A DNA stretch of 64,000 nucleotides from an uncultured archaeon (lineage in GTDB: Archaea; Asgardarchaeota; Lokiarchaeia; Sigyniarchaeales; SOKP01): NCBI GenBank assembly GCA_964508365.1, contig CAZDTP010000002.1, positions 1-64,000 on the forward strand, written 5' to 3'. Below the pieces are notes generated by a model that saw nothing but the letters and a program-made list of their open reading frames with translations, had not been told where the DNA came from and made no database searches. This document shows, one piece after another, positions 11,325 to 20,843 of the stretch (the first letter of the stretch is position 1; every line of letters begins with the position of its first letter). The position numbers were made by a program, and so were the translations under genes.

Positions 11325-11816
11325 GTGGCAAAAAAAAAAGCTGAACCGAAAGAAGAAGATTTAGATATTGATGATGAAGACCTATTTGATGAAGAAGAGA
11401 TAGAAAGCCACTATCCAGATTTATCAGATGATTCAAAAACAAAAAAAGAATCAATCTCTATAGATGTAGTTGATGATGACGAGGAAGAAGAAGAAGAAGA
11501 TTTTGAAATTGAACCCGAACCAGAACTACCAGATTATAAATATCTAAAATTAGCCATGAAGAAAGGTGCTAGAGACGATGATTATACATTATCTGTAGAA
11601 GGTCAATCGCACGGATTTTGTAACATTTTTGTACAACTCCTATTAGAAACGGAAGGTGTAAATTCAGCAGCGTATAAAATTACTATAATTGATCCTCCAG
11701 AAATATTCATTAGGTTGGAAGATGGCTATGAGATAAAAAAAATTCTTTACAATGCGATAGAAACCTTGAGAGCAGAAGTCGGAAAAGTCGAAAAATTGTT
11801 TAAAAAACTCATGTAA
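11325..11816 (+). CDS. rpoL: RNA polymerase subunit Rpo11 (RpoL) with acidic N-terminal extension
   Basis: C-terminal half GQSHGFCN...AAYK fits the Rpb11 fold; position after csl4 is typical of archaea. Confidence 0.8.
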   Translation: MAKKKAEPKEEDLDIDDEDLFDEEEIESHYPDLSDDSKTKKESISIDVVDDDEEEEEEDFEIEPEPELPDYKYLKLAMKKGARDDDYTLSVEGQSHGFCNIFVQLLLETEGVNSAAYKITIIDPPEIFIRLEDGYEIKKILYNAIETLRAEVGKVEKLFKKLM

Positions 11817-11876
11817 ACCTCTCTTTTTTGTATTTGTATGAAAACTTTATAAGAAATTACTGATCTTCTATTCTTA

Positions 11877-12329
11877 ATGCCATTTGATTTTTTGTTAAAG
11901 GATATAAATTCCAGTCTAACTTGTAAGTCGATAGGGACTGATAAAGGGTTAGCAAAAATAGGAGATGGTGTAGTTAATCTTACTTACTCAATAGCAAAAT
12001 CTATTTTTCTAACTAAAGGTAACAAAAACAATAAGAACATACGAACGGGATTAAAAGTAAGTAAAAAAATTTTGGCAGAAGCTTTAAAAAAGGCAGATAT
12101 GAAAAAATTTGCAAAAAGTAGGGCAGACGCGCACGACCTCGCTGACACCGTTGAGGCACTTATTGCTTACGTATGGTTTTGTGATAAAATGACAATAGAG
12201 GATTTAGTTAACATTCTCGTCGATTCTTTAAGTGGTGACCTAAACAATAGAAGCGAGGAAATTCAAAACGCAACGAATGCATTCACTAAACTCCTGTTTC
12301 ACATTAAAAAATTTCTACCCGAGAGCTGA
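11877..12329 (+). CDS. Archaeal ribonuclease III-like (stand-alone RNase III domain) protein
   Basis: DKGLAKIGD.VVN and AHDLADTVEALIAY resemble the RNase III signature and metal-ligand helices. Confidence 0.75.
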   Translation: MPFDFLLKDINSSLTCKSIGTDKGLAKIGDGVVNLTYSIAKSIFLTKGNKNNKNIRTGLKVSKKILAEALKKADMKKFAKSRADAHDLADTVEALIAYVWFCDKMTIEDLVNILVDSLSGDLNNRSEEIQNATNAFTKLLFHIKKFLPES

Positions 12330-12331
12330 GC

Positions 12332-12892
12332 ATGAAAGATTTCCCAATAACAATTGGATTTGACGATGCGAATTTTAAGTTTTTTTCTGAATCACACACA
12401 ACAGATTTAATTGGAATAGTGTGTCAAGGCACGAGAATGGTTAGCATGGTCAAAAAAGAAATTACTATTGATGGAGATGATGCAACGGAAGTTTTAATCG
12501 AGCTTATAAAGCAAAATGAAAAACATGTGCAATTCGTACTTACTGATACTATTACTTTTGGTGGTTTTAACATAATTGATTTAGAAGAAATACACTACGC
12601 TACGAATAAACCAATTATTGCTGTAACTGAAAAAGAGGTGGATCTTGATGCAGTAAAGAAAGCGATTTTAAAAAAATTCCCTCAAAAGAACATAACTAAA
12701 TTACGAAAAATTGTAAACGCAGGTAATTTATATGAAACTGTCATTGAAACAGCGGGAGGTCTTTCCAAAGTGTTTTTTCATTCTAAAGGAATTTCATATA
12801 CAGATGTTAATTCTTTATTTCAAAAAGTTTGCATCGATTCCAAAATCCCAGAACCAGTACGCTTGGCACACATAATAGGTAAAGCGTTATAA
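12332..12892 (+). CDS. DUF99 family / endonuclease V-like (endonuclease dU) protein
   Basis: IGFDDA, DGDDAT, TFGGFNIID, KIPEPVRLAH. Confidence 0.88.
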   Translation: MKDFPITIGFDDANFKFFSESHTTDLIGIVCQGTRMVSMVKKEITIDGDDATEVLIELIKQNEKHVQFVLTDTITFGGFNIIDLEEIHYATNKPIIAVTEKEVDLDAVKKAILKKFPQKNITKLRKIVNAGNLYETVIETAGGLSKVFFHSKGISYTDVNSLFQKVCIDSKIPEPVRLAHIIGKAL

Positions 12893-12911
12893 ATATATTA
12901 ATAAAAGAGTT

Positions 12912-13388
12912 TTAGTTGGTATTAATCTCATACTCTAATATTTCTCTCATCCTTTGTTGTAACTCCGGTCTAATAGCTGACATTCCATAGGTTTTAAGAC
13001 CGCCTAATTTTTTCTGGATTTCTTTAGCACTTAAAGCACCTGGCAAATCCTGCTTATTTGCGATTGCTATGATTTTAGTTCCTAAACTACGTTCAAATCT
13101 ATCATAGATTTCCTTTGTCTGCTTTACATTTTTTTTAGTAGAATCACATACAATCACTGCTAAACCGGCTCCCCTGAGAAAATCCTGCCACATAAACTTA
13201 AACCTATTCTGACCTCCCAAATCCCAAACTGAACAATTCTGACCGTTCAATACGGAGTCTTCTACTTCTAAACCTACAGTAGGAGTTCTTTCTGTGGAGA
13301 CCTCTCTCCCCTGCAACAAAGACAAAAGTGAAGATTTCCCTACAGATTGTTCCCCTATCAAACATATCTTCTTCTTAGTTGTTAACAA
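12912..13388 (-). CDS. Arf-like small GTPase
   Basis: GEQSVGKS (G1), PTVG (G2), WDLGGQ (G3), NKQDL (G4), SA (G5). Confidence 0.9.
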   Translation of the reverse strand: MLTTKKKICLIGEQSVGKSSLLSLLQGREVSTERTPTVGLEVEDSVLNGQNCSVWDLGGQNRFKFMWQDFLRGAGLAVIVCDSTKKNVKQTKEIYDRFERSLGTKIIAIANKQDLPGALSAKEIQKKLGGLKTYGMSAIRPELQQRMREILEYEINTN

Positions 13389-13574
13389 AATTAACCCTTT
13401 CTAACCACTACTTATGATAATTAGAAAAGGCAAGTTATCTTACAAAAATGAAAATAATATTCACATAATATGAAATTATAAAACTAAACGAAATTAGATG
13501 AGCAGAAAATACCAAATAAAAATAAATTAAAATTAAGTATTAATTAAAAAAATCAAAAAAAGATTATATCTTTA

Positions 13575-14876
13575 TTATTCTCCTGTTTCCAAATCTTTCA
13601 CAATCCCAACACATGCAGTTCTACCCATGTCGCGTACGGCAAATCGTCCGAGTTCGGGAAATTCTGAATAGCGTTCTAGGCAAAGTTTTTTGATTGGCTG
13701 TAGTTTGATAATCGCTGATTCGTTCTTCTTAAGAAATTTCGGATTGTCCTCGATTACGGCACCAGTCTTCTGGTCTAACTTTTTGCTTAACTCGATAAAT
13801 TTAGCAGCTACTTGAGCGGTATGAGCGTGAACTACAGGGGTGTATCCTTGAGCAATAGCTGTTGGATGCCATATAACAATTATTTGTCCAGTCCAATTCC
13901 CCTTTGGAGTAACTACAGTTGGAATATTGGTCGGATGGCCCATGACATCGCCACGACTAACATCCGCCATAGTAATTCCTCTGATGCTAAAACCGATGTT
14001 ATCACCAGGTTCGGCACTTGGTTGTTCCTCGTGGTGCATTTCGATGCTTCTTATTTCGCCTCGAAAACCAGTTGGCATTATAACAATTTTATCATTCTTC
14101 TTCAATACACCTGTTTCAACTCTTCCAACAGGGACAACTCCAGTACCTTTAATATTATATGCGTCTTGAATAGGAACTCGTAGTGGTTTGCCAGTAGGTT
14201 TTGGAGGGAGTTCAAATGCATCAATCGCTTCAATTAAGGTTGGACCGTTGTACCATGGAAGGTTAGCACTTTTTTCCGTTAAATTCTCTGCTTTAAGTCC
14301 ACTTACAGGTACAAATGGAATTTTTTTGACTGGAAACCCTATATTTTTTAGGAGATCAGAGACTGCTTCTTTTACTTCATTATAACGCTCTTCGCTGTAT
14401 TCATAGTTATCTGCTTTATTGACTGCAACGACTAATTGCTTAACACCTAAAGTTTGGGCTAAATAAGCGTGTTCTCGAGTTTGACCATTTGCTGCAATAC
14501 CGACTTCCATTTCGCCTTTTTTTCCAGAAACGACTAAAATTGCTGCGTCAGCTTGAGAGGCACCAGTGATCATGTTCTTTACGAAGTCAGCATGACCCGG
14601 AGCATCAATAATGGTAAAATATTTTGAATTAGTTTCGAATTTTCGGAACGCTAAATCAATAGTAATACCACGTTGTCGCTCTTCTTTGAGTCGATCGAAG
14701 ACATAAGCATATGACCAAGATTCTCTATCGTATTCTTTTGCTAACTTCTCGAGCTCTCGTGCTTCTCTATCGGTTACGGCTCCAGTTTTGACGAGCATTG
14801 CGCCCATCATAGTAGACTTGCCGTGATCTATATGACCTATTATTACCAGGTTTAAATGTTGTTTATCAGTTGGCAT
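13575..14876 (-). CDS. tuf: Translation elongation factor EF-1alpha
   Basis: GHIDHGKST, RGITID, DAPGH, NKAD, LGRFAVRDMG. Confidence 0.98.
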   Translation of the reverse strand: MPTDKQHLNLVIIGHIDHGKSTMMGAMLVKTGAVTDREARELEKLAKEYDRESWSYAYVFDRLKEERQRGITIDLAFRKFETNSKYFTIIDAPGHADFVKNMITGASQADAAILVVSGKKGEMEVGIAANGQTREHAYLAQTLGVKQLVVAVNKADNYEYSEERYNEVKEAVSDLLKNIGFPVKKIPFVPVSGLKAENLTEKSANLPWYNGPTLIEAIDAFELPPKPTGKPLRVPIQDAYNIKGTGVVPVGRVETGVLKKNDKIVIMPTGFRGEIRSIEMHHEEQPSAEPGDNIGFSIRGITMADVSRGDVMGHPTNIPTVVTPKGNWTGQIIVIWHPTAIAQGYTPVVHAHTAQVAAKFIELSKKLDQKTGAVIEDNPKFLKKNESAIIKLQPIKKLCLERYSEFPELGRFAVRDMGRTACVGIVKDLETGE

Positions 14877-15260
14877 TTTAAATCAATTTCCTCTACTTAT
14901 TATTAGGTTAGATAATTTAATATGAAATTATAAAATATAATTTTAGATTAAATGATAACTACCTTAATGATATCAAATATATATTTTTTACTATAATTTC
15001 TAGCATTAGTTCGAAAGAAAACATTAGATAAATTTGTTGAGTAAGAGTTGATTTATCTTTTCTAAAATTCTAATTAGTAAAATATCCCCCTTTACGATCT
15101 GAGTATAATTCTTCTTTATTTTTTCTTAGAAAGTCGAAAATTTGATGAATTTTAGGATTGATAATTTTTAGAAAAGATAGATTTGATTTAAATAAGAAAT
15201 ATAAATGAGATGAAATTTTACTAAATAACAATTAAAATTATTAAAATGTAAGGGATTTGC

Positions 15261-17126
15261 ATGGTAAATGGATATACTGGAAAGATTCTTAGAGTGGATT
15301 TAACAAATGAGAAGATTATAATAGAAAATCCTGAGGAAATTTTCTACCGTCGATATATTGGAGGTGAGGGATTTGTAGCCTATTTCCTCTTAAAAGAATT
15401 AAAAGCGGGGATTGATCCATTAGGTGCTGAAAATAAATTAATATTTGCTACGGGCTCACTAACGGGATTTGCGATTCCTGGAACAGGTAGAAATAGTGTT
15501 GGTGCTAAATCTCCTTTAACGGAGGGTTTTGGTGAAGCTGAAGTTGGAGGCCATTGGGGTGCTGAATTGAAGCACGCCGGATTTGACGCTATAATCATAG
15601 AAGGCAAAGCAAAAAAACCTGTATATTTATGGATAAAAGATGGAGGTGCAGAAATAAAAAATGCAATTCATCTTTGGGGTAAAGTTACAGGTGAGGCAGA
15701 GGCAATTATAAAAAAAGAGTTGAGTGATCAATTTATCCGTGTAGCTCAAATTGGACCTGGAGGAGAAAACCTTGTACGTTACGCTTGTATTATAAATGAT
15801 TTAAGAAACGCTGCTGGTCGTACTGGAATGGGTGCTGTTATGGGTTCGAAGAATTTAAAAGCTATTGCTGTAAGAGGGCATAAAAAACTTGAGGTGAATA
15901 ATAAAGAGAAATTAAGAGCGAAAATTAGAGAATTTAATGAAGTTGCTTATAAAACTGTTTCGGGTTATTTTGAGTATGGTACGGGATCTGGTATAATGGA
16001 ACAATTTGCTAAATCCGGAAATCTTCCAACACGAAATTTTAGAGACGGCAATTTTAAGAGTGCTAAGGTTTTAGATCCCGGTATCATGAAACAAGAAATA
16101 GGGCTTAAAATGGAAAGTTGTTATGCTTGTTCAATTCGGTGCAAAAAAGTTGTAGAAATTAGAGAGCCTTGGAATGTTGATCCACTTTATGGTGGTCCCG
16201 AATATGAGACAATAGGAGCGTTTGGTTCAAATTGCGGTGTGAGTGATTTAAAAGCAGTTTGCAAAGCAAATGAACTTTGTAATAAATATTCATTAGATAC
16301 CATATCTACGGGAGTTTCTATTAGTTTTGCGATGGAATGTTATGAAAAGGGAATATTATCTGATAATGACACAAATGGAATAAAATTGAATTTTGGAAAT
16401 GCTGAAGCAGTTGTTCAACTGGTTGAAATGATTGCTAAACGTGAAGGGTTAGGAGATATTTTAGCAGAAGGTGTTAAAAGAGCTGCTGAAAAGATAAAAA
16501 ATGGAGCAGATAAGTTTGCTATGCATGTTAAAGGTCAGGAGATCCCGATGCATGAACCTCGTTTAAAGCAAGGACTAGGGGTTGGGTATACAGTTTCTCC
16601 TACAGGAGCAGAACATATGGCCAATATGCACGACACTGCAATTGCTAGTGAAGGCTCAATAGCTGTTCATAGTGCTATAGGGATTTTGGAACCACTTGAG
16701 ATTGATGATTTAGGAATTAAGAAGGTTCGAGCATTGGTTTATTATACTAATTGGCGGAACTTGTTGAATGCTTTATTAATGTGCTATTTCGTGCCATGGG
16801 ATTATATTGATATACCTGAAATTGTAAGAGCAGTAACTGGATGGAATACTTCATCTTGGGAATTAATGAAAGTAGGAGAGAGGATTACAACTATGGCTAG
16901 AGCTTTTAATGTCAGAGAAGGACTTACAAAAAAGGATGACTGGTTACCTGAAAGATTTTTTCAACCTCATACCTCAGGAGCCCTCGCAGAAACAGCCATT
17001 AAACAAGATGAACTTAAAAATGCGATAATCACTTATTATAAAATGATGGGCTGGAATGAAGATGGAATCCCAACAAAATCAAAATTGGAAGAATTAGAGT
17101 TAGATTGGATTTGTCAATATCTTTAG
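15261..17126 (+). CDS. aor: Aldehyde:ferredoxin oxidoreductase (W-pterin family)
   Basis: KILRVDLT, KSPLT, AGRTGMGAVMGSKNLKA, CYAC..C, GPEYET, YYKMMGW. Confidence 0.93.
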   Translation: MVNGYTGKILRVDLTNEKIIIENPEEIFYRRYIGGEGFVAYFLLKELKAGIDPLGAENKLIFATGSLTGFAIPGTGRNSVGAKSPLTEGFGEAEVGGHWGAELKHAGFDAIIIEGKAKKPVYLWIKDGGAEIKNAIHLWGKVTGEAEAIIKKELSDQFIRVAQIGPGGENLVRYACIINDLRNAAGRTGMGAVMGSKNLKAIAVRGHKKLEVNNKEKLRAKIREFNEVAYKTVSGYFEYGTGSGIMEQFAKSGNLPTRNFRDGNFKSAKVLDPGIMKQEIGLKMESCYACSIRCKKVVEIREPWNVDPLYGGPEYETIGAFGSNCGVSDLKAVCKANELCNKYSLDTISTGVSISFAMECYEKGILSDNDTNGIKLNFGNAEAVVQLVEMIAKREGLGDILAEGVKRAAEKIKNGADKFAMHVKGQEIPMHEPRLKQGLGVGYTVSPTGAEHMANMHDTAIASEGSIAVHSAIGILEPLEIDDLGIKKVRALVYYTNWRNLLNALLMCYFVPWDYIDIPEIVRAVTGWNTSSWELMKVGERITTMARAFNVREGLTKKDDWLPERFFQPHTSGALAETAIKQDELKNAIITYYKMMGWNEDGIPTKSKLEELELDWICQYL

Positions 17127-17153
17127 AGTTCATTATTTTTAGATTTTAGCATT

Positions 17154-17573
17154 CTATGAATCAACCAAATATTCTCCTTTTAAATCCTTATACAATTCAT
17201 TTTTATTATCTTTTAATAATTTGAAAACTTCTTCAATAACTTTTTGAAAATTAACTTTGTTACCTTCATTATTTATAGTTTCAGTTTCAATTTTTTCTTT
17301 TAAAAATTGATCGAAAACGGAATTAATCTCATATATGTTTATTCGAGTTTCTTTAAAGTAATCTAATAAGTGATGCAAGTAATATGCTTTAACGTGTGAA
17401 TTGTGGTCATAATCTTCTTCTAAATCTTTCTGATGAAAAAAATTCAACTGCTTGGCTATAGCACTTTCGTATTCCTCTGCGGAAAAATCATTTTCGCTCT
17501 CGTTATATGCCCAAGAAGTTCCATAATCGATGTTTCTATTTACAAAATCAACGATAAATTTGTCAATTCCCAT
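17154..17573 (-). CDS. Hypothetical protein
   Basis: 139 aa ORF filling the gap between aor and eif2a; no recognisable motif. Confidence 0.6.
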   Translation of the reverse strand: MGIDKFIVDFVNRNIDYGTSWAYNESENDFSAEEYESAIAKQLNFFHQKDLEEDYDHNSHVKAYYLHHLLDYFKETRINIYEINSVFDQFLKEKIETETINNEGNKVNFQKVIEEVFKLLKDNKNELYKDLKGEYLVDS

Positions 17574-17763
17574 CTTTTTTGCCCATTTACTGTGTATAAT
17601 CCAGTTTGGTATTTTTAGATCACTTTATATTTGGTTCTATACTTTAAATTTGATAGAGATTAGTAAAAAAAAAAGCTTTTTCTAATATTTGTATAATAAA
17701 AGTAAAAAGTTATAGTTCGTTAAATTACATAGTAATATTAAAAAAAAAAAGCTTGTAGTTATC

Positions 17764-18588
17764 ATGGTCAAGAATAGAGATCCGTTTCCTAATGAAGGCG
17801 CATTTATTATGGGGCGCGTTGTCGATATCCAAAACCAATATATTTATGTGGACTTGCCAGATTATGATGGCCTCCCATCAGAAGAAACTGCAAGAGGGAT
17901 GATTCATATAAGTGAAATATCAAGTAGATGGGTTAAGAATATTAGAAGTATCGTGAGGGTTGGTCAGAGATTAGTATTGAGAGTGGTGAAAGTTGTTCCC
18001 GATAAAGGACAAATTGACCTCTCTTTAAGACGCGTCAATTCTGCCCAAAAAGATTTAATAGCAAAAGAACATAAATATGCAAATAAATTTGAGAATCTCC
18101 TGCAGTTTTTAACTGAAACGGAAGGAATTGATCTAACCTTAGATCAAGCTTATGAGTTAATAGGTTGGCCTATAAAAGAACAATTTGATTTTTATCAAGA
18201 AGCTATTGAAATACTTAAAGAAGAGGGGGAAGATATTTTAAATGAACTTAAAGATGTTCCAGATCATATTAAAGATGCTTTTTTGAAAATAGTAAAAGAA
18301 AACGTTGAGATTTCTACAGTAAGAATAAGCGGTAAAATAAAAATAATCAATAGAACCGGAGATGGAATTAATATAATAAAAGAAACATTGAATAAAGTTG
18401 CGAAGGTAATCGATAAGCCAAAAGAAACTCGAAAATTAAGTTTATTATATTTGGGTGCGCCTTATTACAGATTAGAAATTGTTTCTAAAGATTATCTCGA
18501 TGCAGAAAGTATTCTTTCAGATGCCCTTGAAGTTCTTGAATCTTCCACTCAAAAAACTGATGGTTTATATGAATTTATTAGGAAGTAA
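17764..18588 (+). CDS. eif2a: Translation initiation factor aIF-2 alpha
   Basis: S1 domain (MIHISEISSRWVKNIR, KGQIDLSLRRV), C-terminal GAPYYR. Confidence 0.95.
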   Translation: MVKNRDPFPNEGAFIMGRVVDIQNQYIYVDLPDYDGLPSEETARGMIHISEISSRWVKNIRSIVRVGQRLVLRVVKVVPDKGQIDLSLRRVNSAQKDLIAKEHKYANKFENLLQFLTETEGIDLTLDQAYELIGWPIKEQFDFYQEAIEILKEEGEDILNELKDVPDHIKDAFLKIVKENVEISTVRISGKIKIINRTGDGINIIKETLNKVAKVIDKPKETRKLSLLYLGAPYYRLEIVSKDYLDAESILSDALEVLESSTQKTDGLYEFIRK

Positions 18589-18617
18589 AACTTAATAATT
18601 TTTTTATAGCTAGAGCG

Positions 18618-18809
18618 ATGACGAAATACCTTCAAAAATGTAGTAAATGTGGAGAATATGGATTGATCAATGCAAAATCTGTGTGTAAACAATGCGGAGG
18701 TACTTTAATTAACCCATTTCCTCCAAAATACTCTCCTATCGATAAATATTCAAAATATCGAATCGTCTACTTTAAAGAGGAATTTAAAAAAAAGTTTAAA
18801 GATAATTAA
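18618..18809 (+). CDS. nop10: H/ACA RNP protein Nop10
   Basis: CxxC...CxxCGG, PPKYSPIDKYSKYR; follows aIF2alpha. Confidence 0.92.
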   Translation: MTKYLQKCSKCGEYGLINAKSVCKQCGGTLINPFPPKYSPIDKYSKYRIVYFKEEFKKKFKDN

Positions 18810-19507
18810 GATAATTCGATCTTTTCTGCTATTTTTTCGTAGATGAGGATTTTAGCGTTCTTATATGGCATGTTAGCGATGTCATTTACCTGAAAGGGCC
18901 CATAATTAATAAAGTCAATCCCTACTAAAGGTGGAGAAGGATCGTTAAATCGTATAAGTGTATAATTGTATTCTACCTCCTGGTAAGGTTGATCATTCTT
19001 AACTTTTTCAAGTTGAGAGTTATTATCTGTTTCATTTGAAGAATCTTTGGTGGATTCCTCTAAAGGGCGAATGTTAGCAGGTTTTTCTTCTTCCTGTTGT
19101 AAAATCTCTTCTAGCTCAATTAGTTTCTGATCGTCGTAGAGCGCGAGCTTTTTAAGTTTTTTATACCCTTTAATCGCACTAACTAAATTTTGAAAGAATA
19201 ATTTCTCTGCCTCTATTACATCATTTAGATCAATGTCTTTAAGAGATAAAGCATAATTAAGTATTTTTACTTCCCGAATTTTTAAGAAATCGTTAAATAA
19301 ATAAGTAAAACCCTTTTTGTATGAAGTAAACAATGACAATTCAACTTTGGGTTTTTCTTCCATCTGATATTGAGTTATATAATTAAAATTTTTTTTATAA
19401 TTATCAAATATTTTTTGGGTTAATTGAGTCAACTTAGGTTGCTCAAATTCTTTAAGCCAATGTTGATAAAGTTTATCGTAATCCTTTTTTAAATCCATAA
19501 GTCTCAA
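18806..19507 (-). CDS. GINS subunit (Gins51 type, A domain then B domain)
   Basis: Helical N-terminal domain, C-terminal B domain (LIRF..PLVGIDF..YGPF..NDIANMP..NAKIL); downstream of priS. Confidence 0.85.
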   Translation of the reverse strand: MRLMDLKKDYDKLYQHWLKEFEQPKLTQLTQKIFDNYKKNFNYITQYQMEEKPKVELSLFTSYKKGFTYLFNDFLKIREVKILNYALSLKDIDLNDVIEAEKLFFQNLVSAIKGYKKLKKLALYDDQKLIELEEILQQEEEKPANIRPLEESTKDSSNETDNNSQLEKVKNDQPYQEVEYNYTLIRFNDPSPPLVGIDFINYGPFQVNDIANMPYKNAKILIYEKIAEKIELS

Positions 19508-19559
19508 ACAATTGAAATATGTTATAATAATAAAGGATAGGGCGGAATTTTATTTTATC

Positions 19560-20843
19560 CTAAATCGTTTTAGCAACTTCTTTACACAATAAAAAAACTG
19601 CAAAGTGGTGAGGTACTTCTATTTTTTCACCTTTGACATAGGGACCAAACGATTCCCCCTTGATTTTAGTAATTGGTAATTTATTTTCCACTATTTCTAA
19701 TTTTTGGGTCAGATTCTTTTTACTTTTAAACACGATAGGATCTAATTTCTCATCAGATTCATCTAAAGGCTTAAAATCTTCAAGTTCATTTAATTCAATT
19801 TCTTGAACTTTAAATCCTGTTTTTCCATGCAACGATCCAGGATATCGTATGAGTCGATGTATGTCTATTGATACTGGCTCGTCTATTTCAACTCCTACTT
19901 GTTTAACTATTCCTCTTAGGAATTTTTTCCAATTAATTAACCCAAAACCTTCAATAGCCCAAACATTTCTTTCTCCTTTAGTGATTAGCTCTAAAAAATC
20001 ATTTTTATATTTTAAAAAACTTGTAACTACATTAGGATTAAAACCAAAGTGATTTTTGTCTAGTAGCAAAGTTTCTATTACATTTTCTGGACGATTCAAA
20101 ACTTCGATAATTTTTTTCATTATTTTTTGAGACCATCCAATATTTTCCGTTAGCAATCCGTAGATTATGGTAGATCTTTCATTTAATCCTAAAATTTCAA
20201 AATTTAAATTTTCTCCAGTGATGTAATCTACAATTTCTCTCCTTTCCTCACTACTGAGTTTTCTAAGCTCTTCACTTTCAATTTTAAGGTGATATCCTCT
20301 GTGACCTGAAAACGCAATTTTCATGTCTTTTTCTTCAATTCCAAAATCAGGAATAAGAAAATCAAAAACTAACTTAGTGATCTCGTTTTTAGCAGCATCT
20401 AAGCATTGATCACACACCCAACTGACTTTAGTAAACTTTGACCCCCTACAGTTTGGGCAGGTTTTAGGCATACCAGTTCCCTCCTCTCCACAATCTTTAC
20501 AAATCCACAGATCGTGTTGATCTTTACATGGAGTATAGAAGTGATCAACGTCTATATCAATAATGAAATCACACCCCTGGTACTCTTTACTATTCATGTC
20601 TTGTGCATCAGGTTTTAGATAAAGAGAACCACTGGAATATAAGTGTCTTGGAGCATCCTTTATCAGATACTTTCTTAAATAATCTGGGTTATCAAAACTC
20701 ATATGTCTCTTCATAAAAACTTTTTTTTCCCAGGGGATCAAACCAAATTCTCGTAAGTTGAAAGAGCTTACTTTAGGAAGATCAGATTGTTTCTCTTGGT
20801 AATATGCTTGGAATAACCTTTTTAAGTAAGTAACCTCACTCAT
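19560..20843 (-). CDS. priS: DNA primase catalytic subunit
   Basis: REFG, DIDVD, FSGHRGYH, DIHRLIRYPGSLHGKTG; Cys-rich Zn insertion. Confidence 0.95.
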   Translation of the reverse strand: MSEVTYLKRLFQAYYQEKQSDLPKVSSFNLREFGLIPWEKKVFMKRHMSFDNPDYLRKYLIKDAPRHLYSSGSLYLKPDAQDMNSKEYQGCDFIIDIDVDHFYTPCKDQHDLWICKDCGEEGTGMPKTCPNCRGSKFTKVSWVCDQCLDAAKNEITKLVFDFLIPDFGIEEKDMKIAFSGHRGYHLKIESEELRKLSSEERREIVDYITGENLNFEILGLNERSTIIYGLLTENIGWSQKIMKKIIEVLNRPENVIETLLLDKNHFGFNPNVVTSFLKYKNDFLELITKGERNVWAIEGFGLINWKKFLRGIVKQVGVEIDEPVSIDIHRLIRYPGSLHGKTGFKVQEIELNELEDFKPLDESDEKLDPIVFKSKKNLTQKLEIVENKLPITKIKGESFGPYVKGEKIEVPHHFAVFLLCKEVAKTI

